This document shows positions 1 through 10,200 of a stretch of 64,000 bases of DNA, piece after piece. The notes below the pieces were generated by a model that saw only the letters and a list, made by a program, of their open reading frames with translations, did not search any database and had not been told where the DNA came from. Source of the DNA: Anaerohalosphaeraceae bacterium. GTDB lineage: Bacteria; Planctomycetota; Phycisphaerae; Sedimentisphaerales; Anaerohalosphaeraceae. The position numbers and the translations under genes are program-made. Within the stretch, counting starts at the first letter, position 1, and each line of letters starts with the position of its first letter. Where the stretch lies: contig CAXXSL010000016.1 in the NCBI GenBank assembly GCA_963675525.2, positions 96,001 through 160,000 on the forward strand, written 5' to 3'.

Positions 1-2
1 GC

Positions 3-335
3 CTTGCCGCCGACCTCAGCAGCGGTTTTCTGGGACCCCACATGATCTGTTACGGCCTGGCAGGCGCTCTTCTCAACCAAAGCGCACCCATGCTGACAAT
101 GAAACGGCCCGTCCACAAAGCCTTGTTCGTTTTTTTGACATTTATGGCGACCGAAACCGCGGCATACTGGCTGGAACTTCTGAAAACCCATGACAGCCGT
201 CCTCATATTTACTGGAACCTGTTTTTAACGGCAGTGTATTCAGCGGTTCTATGCCCCTTTATCTGGTCGGCATTATCGTCCCTTTCAAAACGGAAACGGA
301 AAAATCATTCACGGTCGCAACGAATCTATCACTAA
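3..335 (+). CDS. mreD: Rod shape-determining protein MreD (5'-truncated by window edge)
   Basis: Frame is open from base 3 (LAADLSSGFLGPHMICYGLAG, an MreD-like G-x-x-D-x4-LG segment); hydrophobic helices; directly upstream of PBP2. Confidence 0.7.
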   Translation, partial: LAADLSSGFLGPHMICYGLAGALLNQSAPMLTMKRPVHKALFVFLTFMATETAAYWLELLKTHDSRPHIYWNLFLTAVYSAVLCPFIWSALSSLSKRKRKNHSRSQRIYH

Positions 336-341
336 GTCACG

Positions 342-2441
342 ATGTATCATCAGCGATTAAAAATATTTATATTTTTATGTGTCGGCGGGCTGGTCATTAC
401 CGTCAGTCGCCTGCTGACCCTGCAGACAGTTGACGTCCAGCAGGCTCGGCAAAATATCGAGCAACTCCGCATTCTGCCCCCCGAACAACGTCCCACCATA
501 CGCGGCAAAATACTGGATCGATACGAACAGCCAATCGCACTCGATGAGCCTGTTTTTTTTCTGCAGGTTAACTATCAACTAACCCGTTATCTGGATGAAC
601 GATGGCGGCAGGCCCGGATTCAGCGGGAACTTAACGAAGACGAAACACGCCTCGAAGTTGAAATGCGGCTACTGGAAGAATGGAAAGAGCCGACCGAACA
701 ATTGAAACTGATGATCGAACTGGCCAGTCTGCTCGCCGGCGTTTCCAGAGACGAAATTGAACAGGAAATTACCGAGATTAACGACCGCATCTGGGAAATG
801 GGCAGACGCATCTGGTGGCGGCGGCGACACCGAGACGCTTCCTGGGATACGTACTTTGCGACCTGCGATTTAATTGAGCCGGAAAAGATCGTCACAGTTG
901 ATTTATACGAGATGCACAAGAGCTATCCGCTGATCGAATTAAAAACCGAACAGGAACTGATCCGGGCACAGTTGGCGCTAATTGATCTGGAGGGCATTGA
1001 GATCAAACCCCAAGCCAAACGCTCTTATCCGTACGGTCCTGCCGCCAGCCAGTTGATCGGCTGGGTCGGACCGGCTCACGAAAGCGATATGAGCCTGTTT
1101 GAAGATGATGAGTACATGTATTACCTGCCGGGCGAGGTATTGGGAAAAGCCGGGATCGAACGCATCTATGAACCCTATCTGCGGGGTCGCCGCGGAATGG
1201 TGCTCTACGATAAGGACGGCATTCTCCTTGAGCGTAAAGAACCGGAATACGGACACGATGTGCAGTTAACTATCGACATCGAACTGCAGCGAAAGATCGA
1301 GACACTGCTGGCTGACCCGGCCCAGAATCACAGGGGAAAACCCTCCGCCGCCGTCGTGCTGGAAGCGGCCCGAAATGAGATTTTGGCCATCGCCTCGCAT
1401 CCGACTTTTGACCTGAACACCATTCGCCAGAACTACGACACGGTCTTTAATGATCCGAATGCCCCGATGACCCACCTCGCTCTCGAAAAAAATTATCCGC
1501 CCGGTTCCACTGCCAAACCCATCATCATGACCGCCGGACTGGAGGAAAAGAAGACCTGGCCGGATGAGGTGATCTCGTGCAGTTGCTACAATATTCCCTC
1601 CGGCAGTTGGCCCCGATGCATTCTACAGCGAAAATTTCATACCTGTCACGATATCCTGTGGCAAAATAACGGGCGAAACGCCATTCGGGGAAGCTGCAAT
1701 GTGTACTTTTCGCGACTGGCGGATCGATTAGACCGTCTGGACCTGCAGCAGTGGTTTTACCGCTTCGGCTATGGGCAAAAGATTCTCCCGACGCCGGTGC
1801 CGACCGATATGCCCACCCATACATCTCTGATGGGCCGAATTCCGCAGGCTCATGGAAGCATCATTTACGGCCTCCAGTTTGACCCGATTATGGATATCCA
1901 TGACATCCCCATCATCCCGAGTTCGAGAGAATCGGAAAAACGGTTCTGGGGCATCGGACAGGGAAATCTGCGAGCCACGGTCCTGCAGGTTGCCAACGCC
2001 CTCTCGGCGATCGTGCGAAACGGGGTCTATAAATCTCCACGTCTGATCTATGATGACAGCGACCCTTTTAATGACAGGGGCAGACGTCAAATTCCGGTTT
2101 CCTCCGGAAGCCTTTCGGTCGTCCGAGACGGTATGCACGCTGTCATCAATGAAACCAATGGAACCGCCTACAAAGAGTTCAGGAATTCGGTCTTGTTCGA
2201 TCGGGATATGACCCTTTACGGTAAAACCGGTTCCACTGAAAACCCCAGTGTGGCTTGGTTTGAATCGTTTGCCGAAGATGACATGGGACGGGCAATCGTG
2301 GTTGTTGTTTTGGTGGAAGGCGGACAAAGCGGTGCCGGCGAGGCAGCGCCTTTAGGTCGATTAATTCTTGGCATTTGCAATGAAGCCGGTTATATCGGCA
2401 CAAAACCTACGGCTGAACCGGCTGCGGAGCCGGGGAATTAA
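342..2441 (+). CDS. mrdA: Class B penicillin-binding protein 2 (transpeptidase)
   Basis: N-terminal TM; RGKILDR dimerisation motif; SxxK (STAK), SxN (SCN) and KTG motifs; follows mreD. Confidence 0.88.
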   Translation: MYHQRLKIFIFLCVGGLVITVSRLLTLQTVDVQQARQNIEQLRILPPEQRPTIRGKILDRYEQPIALDEPVFFLQVNYQLTRYLDERWRQARIQRELNEDETRLEVEMRLLEEWKEPTEQLKLMIELASLLAGVSRDEIEQEITEINDRIWEMGRRIWWRRRHRDASWDTYFATCDLIEPEKIVTVDLYEMHKSYPLIELKTEQELIRAQLALIDLEGIEIKPQAKRSYPYGPAASQLIGWVGPAHESDMSLFEDDEYMYYLPGEVLGKAGIERIYEPYLRGRRGMVLYDKDGILLERKEPEYGHDVQLTIDIELQRKIETLLADPAQNHRGKPSAAVVLEAARNEILAIASHPTFDLNTIRQNYDTVFNDPNAPMTHLALEKNYPPGSTAKPIIMTAGLEEKKTWPDEVISCSCYNIPSGSWPRCILQRKFHTCHDILWQNNGRNAIRGSCNVYFSRLADRLDRLDLQQWFYRFGYGQKILPTPVPTDMPTHTSLMGRIPQAHGSIIYGLQFDPIMDIHDIPIIPSSRESEKRFWGIGQGNLRATVLQVANALSAIVRNGVYKSPRLIYDDSDPFNDRGRRQIPVSSGSLSVVRDGMHAVINETNGTAYKEFRNSVLFDRDMTLYGKTGSTENPSVAWFESFAEDDMGRAIVVVVLVEGGQSGAGEAAPLGRLILGICNEAGYIGTKPTAEPAAEPGN

Positions 2442-4152
2442 GTACCCCCAGATAATTCAGCGTATTTTCAAGAATGTCCCGGACCACCGGGGCCGCTACA
2501 CGCCCGCCGCTGTACCCCTTGCCCAGTGCACGGTTGGGTTTTCGAATCGATACCAGTACAACCACCGCCGGCTTTTCAGCTGGCGCCCCGCCCGCAAAAG
2601 ACGCTACATAGTTCGTGGTATCATAGCCGCCTGTCGACAGTGCGATATTGGCCGTTCCGGTTTTCCCGAATACCTGACAATTTTTCAACGCCGCCTGGTC
2701 ACCCGTACCTTCATTGACAACATCGCTCAGTGCTTTTTGCACCATCCAGTCGGCCACTTCCTTCTTGAGGACATAGCCTGTTTTTATTGCGGGCCGGCGA
2801 TCTTCGATGATCGTGCCCTGCGTATCCACAATCGCCCTGACAACGTGCGGCTTAACCACATATCCCCCATTGGCAAAAATACTGTAAGCTCGGCATATTT
2901 GCAGCGGGGTGACCATCACTTCATGTCCATAGGAAATGCGTGTTTCGCTCCAGCCGCGTTCCCACTCGGATAACGGCCAAACCAACCCAGGCGCTTCCCC
3001 CGGTAGATCAATGCCGGTCTTACTTGAAAAGCCAAACAGCTTTAATCCGTCATATAATTTCTTCTGACCCATTTTCAAAGCGATCTTCGCCATCCCGATA
3101 TTACTTGAATGCATTAGTATCTCACGAACTGCCAGATGGCCATATTGATGGTTGCCGAATTCGCCGATTTTATAACGCGCATAATAACCGTTCTCGCAAT
3201 CGAACTTTTCATCGTAGCCGATCGCGTCGGCATCCAGCGCAATTGCCGCAACGATAGGCTTGAAAATGCTGCCCGGTTCAAAGGGGTCCGTCAATGACCG
3301 GTTTCTCATCAAATCCTGCGGCGTCGTCGCAAAATTGACCGGGTCATAATCCGGCAGCGACACCATCGCCAAAATCGCCCCCGTCCACGGGTCCATGACG
3401 ATACCCACGGCCGATTCGGCTTCATATTCCTGCATCTTTTGCTGCAGCGCTTCATGGACAAACCGCTGGATCACCACATCGATGGTCAAAACAAGATTCT
3501 GGCCATCTTTGGCATCGGCGGACTCAACCGGCTGAATGCCGATCGGGCGCCGGAAATTGTCAACCACGAAAAGATCCTGCCCCCGCGTGCCGGAAAGGGT
3601 CTCCTCGAATTTCATCTCCAAACCGGACAGCCCTTTATTTTCGGCCCCCACAAAACCCAACAGATGTCCTGCCAGATAACCAGCCGGATAATAACGCTTC
3701 CAGTCCGGCGCAATACCAACCCCCGGAATATGGCTTTTTTCAATCTGTTTTTTTTCTTCCAGACTGATATCCCGCTTGATCCTGACGTATCCCGGATTAT
3801 TCGCTGAGTCGATCTGTTCACAAATTTTGTATCCCGGCTCGCCGAGAATGCCCTGAAGCGCAGAGGCGGACAACTTCAGCTGTTCGGGGTCATTCATCAA
3901 TTGGCGCGGTTCAGCAAACGCATTGTATGTCTTCACACTGGCCGCGAGAACTCTTCCCCGGACATCAAGGATCAGACCACGTCGGGGATTTTGCGGCACA
4001 ATGGCACTGCGTTGCCGCTGACTGCTTTGTGTATACTCCGCTTTAAGGGTGATTTGCAAATGGACCAGCCGCCAGACTAATAATCCAAAGCAAACAACGG
4101 TTGCGGTCATGAAAACCGGAAGTAACCACACCTGTTGTCTTCTGGCGATCAT
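2407..4152 (-). CDS. ftsI: Class B penicillin-binding protein FtsI/PBP3
   Basis: RGLILD, EPGSIFK, SSN and GKTGT motifs; ATG 4152 overlaps the upstream stop (ATGA); dcw position. Confidence 0.88.
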   Translation of the reverse strand: MIARRQQVWLLPVFMTATVVCFGLLVWRLVHLQITLKAEYTQSSQRQRSAIVPQNPRRGLILDVRGRVLAASVKTYNAFAEPRQLMNDPEQLKLSASALQGILGEPGYKICEQIDSANNPGYVRIKRDISLEEKKQIEKSHIPGVGIAPDWKRYYPAGYLAGHLLGFVGAENKGLSGLEMKFEETLSGTRGQDLFVVDNFRRPIGIQPVESADAKDGQNLVLTIDVVIQRFVHEALQQKMQEYEAESAVGIVMDPWTGAILAMVSLPDYDPVNFATTPQDLMRNRSLTDPFEPGSIFKPIVAAIALDADAIGYDEKFDCENGYYARYKIGEFGNHQYGHLAVREILMHSSNIGMAKIALKMGQKKLYDGLKLFGFSSKTGIDLPGEAPGLVWPLSEWERGWSETRISYGHEVMVTPLQICRAYSIFANGGYVVKPHVVRAIVDTQGTIIEDRRPAIKTGYVLKKEVADWMVQKALSDVVNEGTGDQAALKNCQVFGKTGTANIALSTGGYDTTNYVASFAGGAPAEKPAVVVLVSIRKPNRALGKGYSGGRVAAPVVRDILENTLNYLGVLNSPAPQPVQP

Positions 4153-4382
4153 TGAGCAGCTCCTGTCGGATTCGGCGAATTGGATGGCGGCAGGCCCGCC
4201 GGATTGACCAGACATTCAAAACGTAATTGTTTTTGCCAAAGCTGCTGCTTAAGTTCTTTTTGCTCGACCATCGCGCCCCGGGAGCGATTGAACATCCGGG
4301 CAGAGGAAGTGCGCAAATGAATCGTAAAAATCATAAAAGCTGTAACGGAAAATACGATGACGAGCATTCTCGAACGCGACAT
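4149..4382 (-). CDS. Small bitopic membrane protein with coiled coil, FtsL-like by position
   Basis: 77 aa, TM helix plus heptad-like segment, translationally coupled to ftsI. Confidence 0.55.
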   Translation of the reverse strand: MSRSRMLVIVFSVTAFMIFTIHLRTSSARMFNRSRGAMVEQKELKQQLWQKQLRFECLVNPAGLPPSNSPNPTGAAQ

Positions 4383-4397
4383 GGGCCATAGCGCCTT

Positions 4398-5246
4398 TTA
4401 CCTGTTGGGAATTTTCAGATTCATTCCCACAATTAAGTCGTCGGACTCTTTGATGGTCGGATTCATTTTCTGAATTTCCGAATACTGATTTCCCTCTCCC
4501 AGCAACGCCTCGGCAATCCCCCACAGCGTGTCCCCCTCCTGAACCACATAGATCCGGGCGGAACTGCGGACACCACTCTGCTCGGCACGCTCAAAAAGAT
4601 TAGAAAATTTCTCCAGAAAAGTAGTTTCCGCTTCTGACGTTTTTGCTGAAGTCTTTCCTGCAGGCTGCAGTTTATTGTTCAGCAATTGATCGTATGGCGG
4701 AATTGTCAGTTTGTCACCAACAAAAATCTTATCCGGCGAACTCAGGACCTTTTGGTTTGCTTCGTACAGTTTTTGGATGACAATGCGTCGATTGCCCTCT
4801 TCCTTACCGTAATATTTTCGGGCGATCGCGGGAAGATTATCACCCGACTGAACAACATGGATGGTCTGTTTCGATGCCCCGACCGCAGATGTCTGTACTT
4901 GCCGTGAAATTGTCGGCACCCGAACAGCCGCAGACGCTATCTGTTCGGGAGAGATCAAGGCTGTCGAGTTCGATGAGGCCGAACCGTCATCCAGCACAAC
5001 CACTTCCCGGGGCAATTCGGTTTGACGAAGCGGAATATCCTGCTGACGAAGAGCCTGGACGGTTTCAAACAAACGATCATCAATCACAAGGTCGGATGCT
5101 TTGGGAATAGTAATTTCCGTCTCAACGGGATTTTCGGCAGACGCTTCCTGCAGAAACTTCGGGATCGGTAACCCCTCGATTAAGAATGCGATGATAAAAA
5201 TAAAAAACAGCCCCAGCAATAAACCTACCTTGGCGTCAGCGGTCAT
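4398..5246 (-). CDS. Membrane-anchored protein with two LysM peptidoglycan-binding domains
   Basis: N-terminal TM; HVVQSGDNLPAIARKYYG and YVVQEGDTLWGIAEALLG LysM repeats. Confidence 0.9.
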   Translation of the reverse strand: MTADAKVGLLLGLFFIFIIAFLIEGLPIPKFLQEASAENPVETEITIPKASDLVIDDRLFETVQALRQQDIPLRQTELPREVVVLDDGSASSNSTALISPEQIASAAVRVPTISRQVQTSAVGASKQTIHVVQSGDNLPAIARKYYGKEEGNRRIVIQKLYEANQKVLSSPDKIFVGDKLTIPPYDQLLNNKLQPAGKTSAKTSEAETTFLEKFSNLFERAEQSGVRSSARIYVVQEGDTLWGIAEALLGEGNQYSEIQKMNPTIKESDDLIVGMNLKIPNR

Positions 5247-5272
5247 GTCAACAACTCCCTTTGTCCTCTACC

Positions 5273-6202
5273 TTAATCTGTTATACGTCTAGCGATTCGC
5301 AGTTTTGCACTCCGTGAACGAGGATTTTGTCGAATTTCATCCCGGTCTGCGATAATCGGTTTTTTTGTTAGAATTTCATAGAGCCCGTCGCTTTTATATT
5401 GACGGAAACTGTTTTTCACCAGTCTGTCTTCCAGGCTGTGAAAACTGATGATGGCGATCATTCCGCCGGGTTTCAGCAGAGTCGGCCCTGTTTGAAGCAG
5501 CCGTTCCAGGCAATCCAGCTCACGGTTCACAGCAATCCGCAGGGCCTGAAAAGTCCGCGTCGCCGGATGAATGCGTCCGGGGCGGGACGGCTGCTTCAGC
5601 GCCCGGCAGACCAACGACGCCAATTCCGTTGTCGTCGTGATCTTCTTTTGCGAACGCTGGTCAATGATGAACCGAGCAATCCTCCGTGACGCCCGGTCCT
5701 CTCCGTACTTGTAAATCAAATCCGCCAGTTCCGTCTGGCTAAGTTTGTTCACCAACTCCGCCGCTGTTGTCGTTAACCGTTTATCCAGCCGCATATCCAG
5801 CGGCATCGGTTTCTGGAAGCTCAGACCCAGGTCCGCGTCTTCCATTTGGGCCGAACAAAAACCAAGATCGGCCAAAATCGCGTCAACCGGCCCCATGCCC
5901 TGCTGTGCGAGAACCGTCTCGACCTTTTCAAAATTCTCGCGAACCAGCGTGACCCGGCACGGCAGGTCGGATAAAATCGACTGGGCCCTTTGGATACTGT
6001 TTTGATCCACATCCAGCCCCAGAAGGTTACCCTCAGGGCCCAATTGTCGGCCGATCAGCAGGCTGTGACCTCCGTGTCCAACCGTAGCATCGACCAGAAT
6101 CCCATCCATGGGAAGTTGAATCCATTCAAGCAGAGGTTCCGTTAAAACCGGAACGTGACCGGACAACGCTTCATCCCTGTCGTTGTCACTTTCTGCTGTC
6201 AT
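5273..6202 (-). CDS. rsmH: 16S rRNA m4C1402 methyltransferase RsmH (MraW)
   Basis: HVPVL, DATVGHGGHS, HPATRTFQALRIAVN, ISFHSLEDR and NPRSRSAKLR motifs. Confidence 0.97.
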   Translation of the reverse strand: MTAESDNDRDEALSGHVPVLTEPLLEWIQLPMDGILVDATVGHGGHSLLIGRQLGPEGNLLGLDVDQNSIQRAQSILSDLPCRVTLVRENFEKVETVLAQQGMGPVDAILADLGFCSAQMEDADLGLSFQKPMPLDMRLDKRLTTTAAELVNKLSQTELADLIYKYGEDRASRRIARFIIDQRSQKKITTTTELASLVCRALKQPSRPGRIHPATRTFQALRIAVNRELDCLERLLQTGPTLLKPGGMIAIISFHSLEDRLVKNSFRQYKSDGLYEILTKKPIIADRDEIRQNPRSRSAKLRIARRITD

Positions 6203-6228
6203 TTTCTAATCCGGATTGTGAAAGAACA

Positions 6229-6438
6229 TCAATTCGCTAATGCCGCCATGTGGGCTGCCAGCAGGGCCTCCACTTCAGGCGAAAATGTAATCGCCTCAAA
6301 TGCGGGATTGGTCATTTTCAGCCGCTGGAGTTTGCCGGCAAGAATGACCGCAGAGGCCGCAACATCTTCATCCATGAGACGCTGGCCGCTGATTCCCTCT
6401 CGGAGAACGTCAACCGGTTCCTGCAATTGATTGTACAT
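6229..6438 (-). CDS. Hypothetical 69-aa protein in the mraZ-rsmH operon
   Basis: GGAGG RBS just upstream of the ATG; fills the gap between mraZ and rsmH. Confidence 0.7.
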   Translation of the reverse strand: MYNQLQEPVDVLREGISGQRLMDEDVAASAVILAGKLQRLKMTNPAFEAITFSPEVEALLAAHMAALAN

Positions 6439-6458
6439 AATGCCCTCCTAAAAAATTA

Positions 6459-6935
6459 TTATTCCAATTCTCGACTTTGACGCTGAAGCTGCCTTTGCCT
6501 GGCCTCAGCAAGCTGATTGTGATGCTGGTTCAGATTATCTTCCAGATAACCTTCCCAGTCGTCGGTGTTCCACAGTTCGATATGATCTCGAACACCCACC
6601 AGCGTCAGGGTGGTTCCCAAACCGGCCCGGCGCCGCAACTTATCATTAATTAACAATCGTCCCTGTCGATCCAATTCAACCCTGCTGGCCAACGCAAAAC
6701 TCAACCGCTCGAAAGCGATCGATTCGTCCGGGGCGCCCATCCCTGGCGCACCGACAAGGGCGATTTGCTGAAAATACTTTTCGGGGTAAAGACACAGAAC
6801 ACCGTTGGGCCCCATGGCTAAATAGAAATCGCTGCCGTAGGTTTCGGCATCGATCTGGCTTCGGAGCTTGTTCGAAATGAAAAGCCGATTCTTTTCATCA
6901 ACTGAATGCTCGTATTCACCTGTTAACATTAGCAT
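6459..6935 (-). CDS. mraZ: Transcriptional regulator MraZ
   Basis: GEYEHSVDEKNRL, ELDRQGRLLI and LVGVRDHIELW (two SpoVT/AbrB-like MraZ repeats). Confidence 0.95.
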   Translation of the reverse strand: MLMLTGEYEHSVDEKNRLFISNKLRSQIDAETYGSDFYLAMGPNGVLCLYPEKYFQQIALVGAPGMGAPDESIAFERLSFALASRVELDRQGRLLINDKLRRRAGLGTTLTLVGVRDHIELWNTDDWEGYLEDNLNQHHNQLAEARQRQLQRQSRELE

Positions 6936-6970
6936 GATATTTATCCCACGGGATTATCTATTTATGGGAA

Positions 6971-6998
6971 ATACTACCACTTCTTCCCACTTAGTCAA
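6971..6998 (-). promoter_or_regulatory. sigma70-type mraZ promoter (TTGACT-16-TAGTAT) with GTGGG/GTGG MraZ-box repeats in the spacer
   Basis: Minus strand TTGACTaaGTGGGaagaaGTGGTAGTAT; 10-nt periodic GTGG as in known MraZ operators. Confidence 0.7.
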
Positions 6999-7215
6999 TA
7001 CTAAAAAATCGGCTTTTTGGGATTATTTTCTGAATAAATACTTAAAATTAAATGATTTAAAGGGAAACCGGAGTAGTGGAAATCACTATATATTTACTTT
7101 GGGCGGCAAGGAGCCACTACATCTTGTTGTTTTCAGGTTTTGTAAAAAAACTTATTTGACGGTTTTTTGAGGACAATGCGATTGCATAAGAATCTTTTGC
7201 AGAAATGTTAACAAA

Positions 7216-10200
7216 CTACCCCACTTTTGTGGCTTTTCGCTCCTGTATCCAGCAAAACAGGACGGGGACGATGAAAATGGTGATAAGTTCCAATGTCATG
7301 CCGCCGAAGGAGGGGATTGCCATGGGCACCATGATATCCGAGCCCCTGCCGGTTGAAGTCAACACTGGCAGCAATGCCAGTATCGTCGTGGCGCTGGTCA
7401 TTAGTGCCGGACGGACGCGTTTGTGGGCGGCGATAATCGCGGCCCTGCGGATTTGGGCGACCGTCTCCGGCGTCGCATTTTTAAACTGCTGGTTGAGGTA
7501 CGTCATCATCAGCACGCCGTCATCGGTGGCGATGCCGAACAAGGCCAGAAATCCCACCCAGACCGCAACACTGAGATTGTAGGTATGGATATTGAATAGC
7601 TGGCGGAAATCCAGCCCCAGAATCGAGACATCCATGAACCACCCCTGCCCGTACAGCCACAACAGCAAAAAACCGCCTGACCATGCAACAAAGATGCCGC
7701 TAAACACCAGCAGAGTCTGTGAGACGGTCTTGAACTGGAAATACAGGATGATAAAAATCAGCCCAAGTGCAATCGGCAGCACTAACTTCAGCGTCTTTTG
7801 GGCGTGTACCTGATTTTCATAAGAACCGGCAAAGCTGTAACTGACACCGTCCGGAAGTGTGAAATTGCCCGACTGAATTTGCCCGTCCAGGTAGCCCTTG
7901 CAATCCTCAACGGTATCTACTTCCGCCAATCCCTCTTTGGCATCGAACAGCACGTACCCGACCAGAAAGGTATCTTCGCTTTTAATGACCTGCGGTCCCG
8001 GCGTGTATTCAATCTTCGTCAGTTGCCCCAGCGGTATTTGAACACCACCGGGCGCGGGAACCAGAATGTCATCCAGCTTGTGGATTTCATCGCGAAGTTC
8101 GCGCAGATACCGCACACGCACCGGATAGCGCTGCCGCCCTTCCACTGTCATCGTAATGGGTTTTCCGCCAATGGCGATCTCGATGACATTCTGCACGTCA
8201 TCGATGCGAAGTCCGTAGCGGGCAATCTCCTGCCGGTCGATCAGTATCTCCAAATACGGCTTGGCCACAATGCGATCGGCGTACACCGTCGCCGGGTCAA
8301 CAGAGGGAACCTGCTTTAAATGTTGTTCCAGACTCAGGCCCACCGCTTCAATGGTCTCTAAGTCCGGCCCTTTTATTTTGATTCCCATCGGCGCCCGCAT
8401 CCCGGTTTGCAGCATAATCAGCCGGGTTTCAATCGGTTGAAGCAGCGGCGCACTGGTCGTGCCTGGCAGTTTTGCAACCTTGACGATTTCATCCCAGATG
8501 TCCCGCGGCGTTTCGATGTGGTCACGCCACTGACGAATGGCCTTGCCGTTGTCATCGGTCACCATTCGACCATTTTGGTCACGTTTGTACTTGGGCTTGT
8601 AATCGATCACCGTCTCGACCATCGAAATCGGCGCCGGGTCCAGTGGACTATCCACCCGGCCGATTTTTCCGACCACGGTATTAACTTCGGGAATAGATTT
8701 AATCGCGCTGTCTATTTTACTCAGCACGTCGGTTGCTTCGCCGATGGACGCATGGGGCATCGTCGTCGGCATATACAGGAACGATCCTTCATCCAGCGAG
8801 GGCATGAACTCCCGCCCGAGGCTCTGCCATGCGAAAAAGCCCGCAACCACCAATCCCAGCGGCAGCATCAGGAAAAGCCCCTTGTGTTCGAGGCACCAAC
8901 CCAGCATCTGCGGATAAAAGCGATTCATCAATAAAATCAGTATCAGCAATAATGCCAAAAGCACAGCCACAAAAATAAAATTCAGAACCAATGTCGCATT
9001 CGGGCCCAAGGGCATCCAATACTTACTGAGGATGACCGCAACCAGAACAACTGCGACCAGATCAAATAAACTTGCAAATCCGAATAGCTTTCTCTTTGTC
9101 TCTGCAAACCGCTTGCGCTGGCCCTTATAAAACCAATACGCAAACACGGGAATCACCAGGATCGCCACAATCGCCGACGCAAACAGCGCAAACGTCTTCG
9201 TAAACGCCAGGGGCTTGAACAGTTTTCCTTCGGGACCGATCATGGTAAAGACCGGCAGAAAGCTGATGATCGTCGTACAAATTGCCGCCAGAACCGCGGA
9301 GGCAACTTCACAGGAAGCCTCATAAATAATTTGCAATCGGGATTTTTCCGGCGGAGCCTCATGCATGTGGCGGACAATGTTTTCGCAGATGACAATGCCC
9401 GTATCCACCATCGTTCCAATGGCAATCACGATGCCGGACAGCGCCACAATATTGGCGTCGACCTTGAAATATTTCATGGCGACAAAACTCATCAACACCG
9501 CCAACGGCAGCAGGCCGGAGATGAGCATCGAACTTCTGAGGTGACGCAGCAGAACGATGACAACGATAATCGTAATCAGGATTTCCTGCGAAATCGCATC
9601 ATTGAGCGTTCCTAATGTCTCGTAAATCAGTCCCGTCCGGTCATAAAACGGTACAATCCTTACCTGGCTAACGGTGCCGTCCTCAAGTGTTTTACGCGGT
9701 AGTCCCGGTGCAATTTCGTTAATTTTAGCTTTGACATTCTGAATCGCTTTGAGCGGGTTTTCGCCATACCGTACAACAACGACACCGCCGACTGCTTCTG
9801 CGCCTTCCTTATCCAGCACGCCTCGCCGCAACGCCGGACCGGTTGATACATGCGCAATATCTTTAACACAAATGGGGATGTTGTCGTTGACCTTAAGAAC
9901 AATGTTCTCAATATCGACCACTGTCTTGATGAATCCGATGCCGCGCACCACATATTCGGCACGGTTGATTTCAATGGTCCGTGCCCCTACATCCCGATTC
10001 GATGACTTGATCGACCCAAACACATCATTTAAACCAATGCCGGCGGCAAACATCGCATCCGGATCAACATCAATCTGATATTCCCGAACAAACCCTCCGA
10101 CCGAAGCCACCTCGGCCACGCCGCGTGCCGATTGCAGTGCATAACGAACGGTCCAATCCTGAATCGTCCGCAATTCATCCAAATCCCAGCCGCCGGTCGG

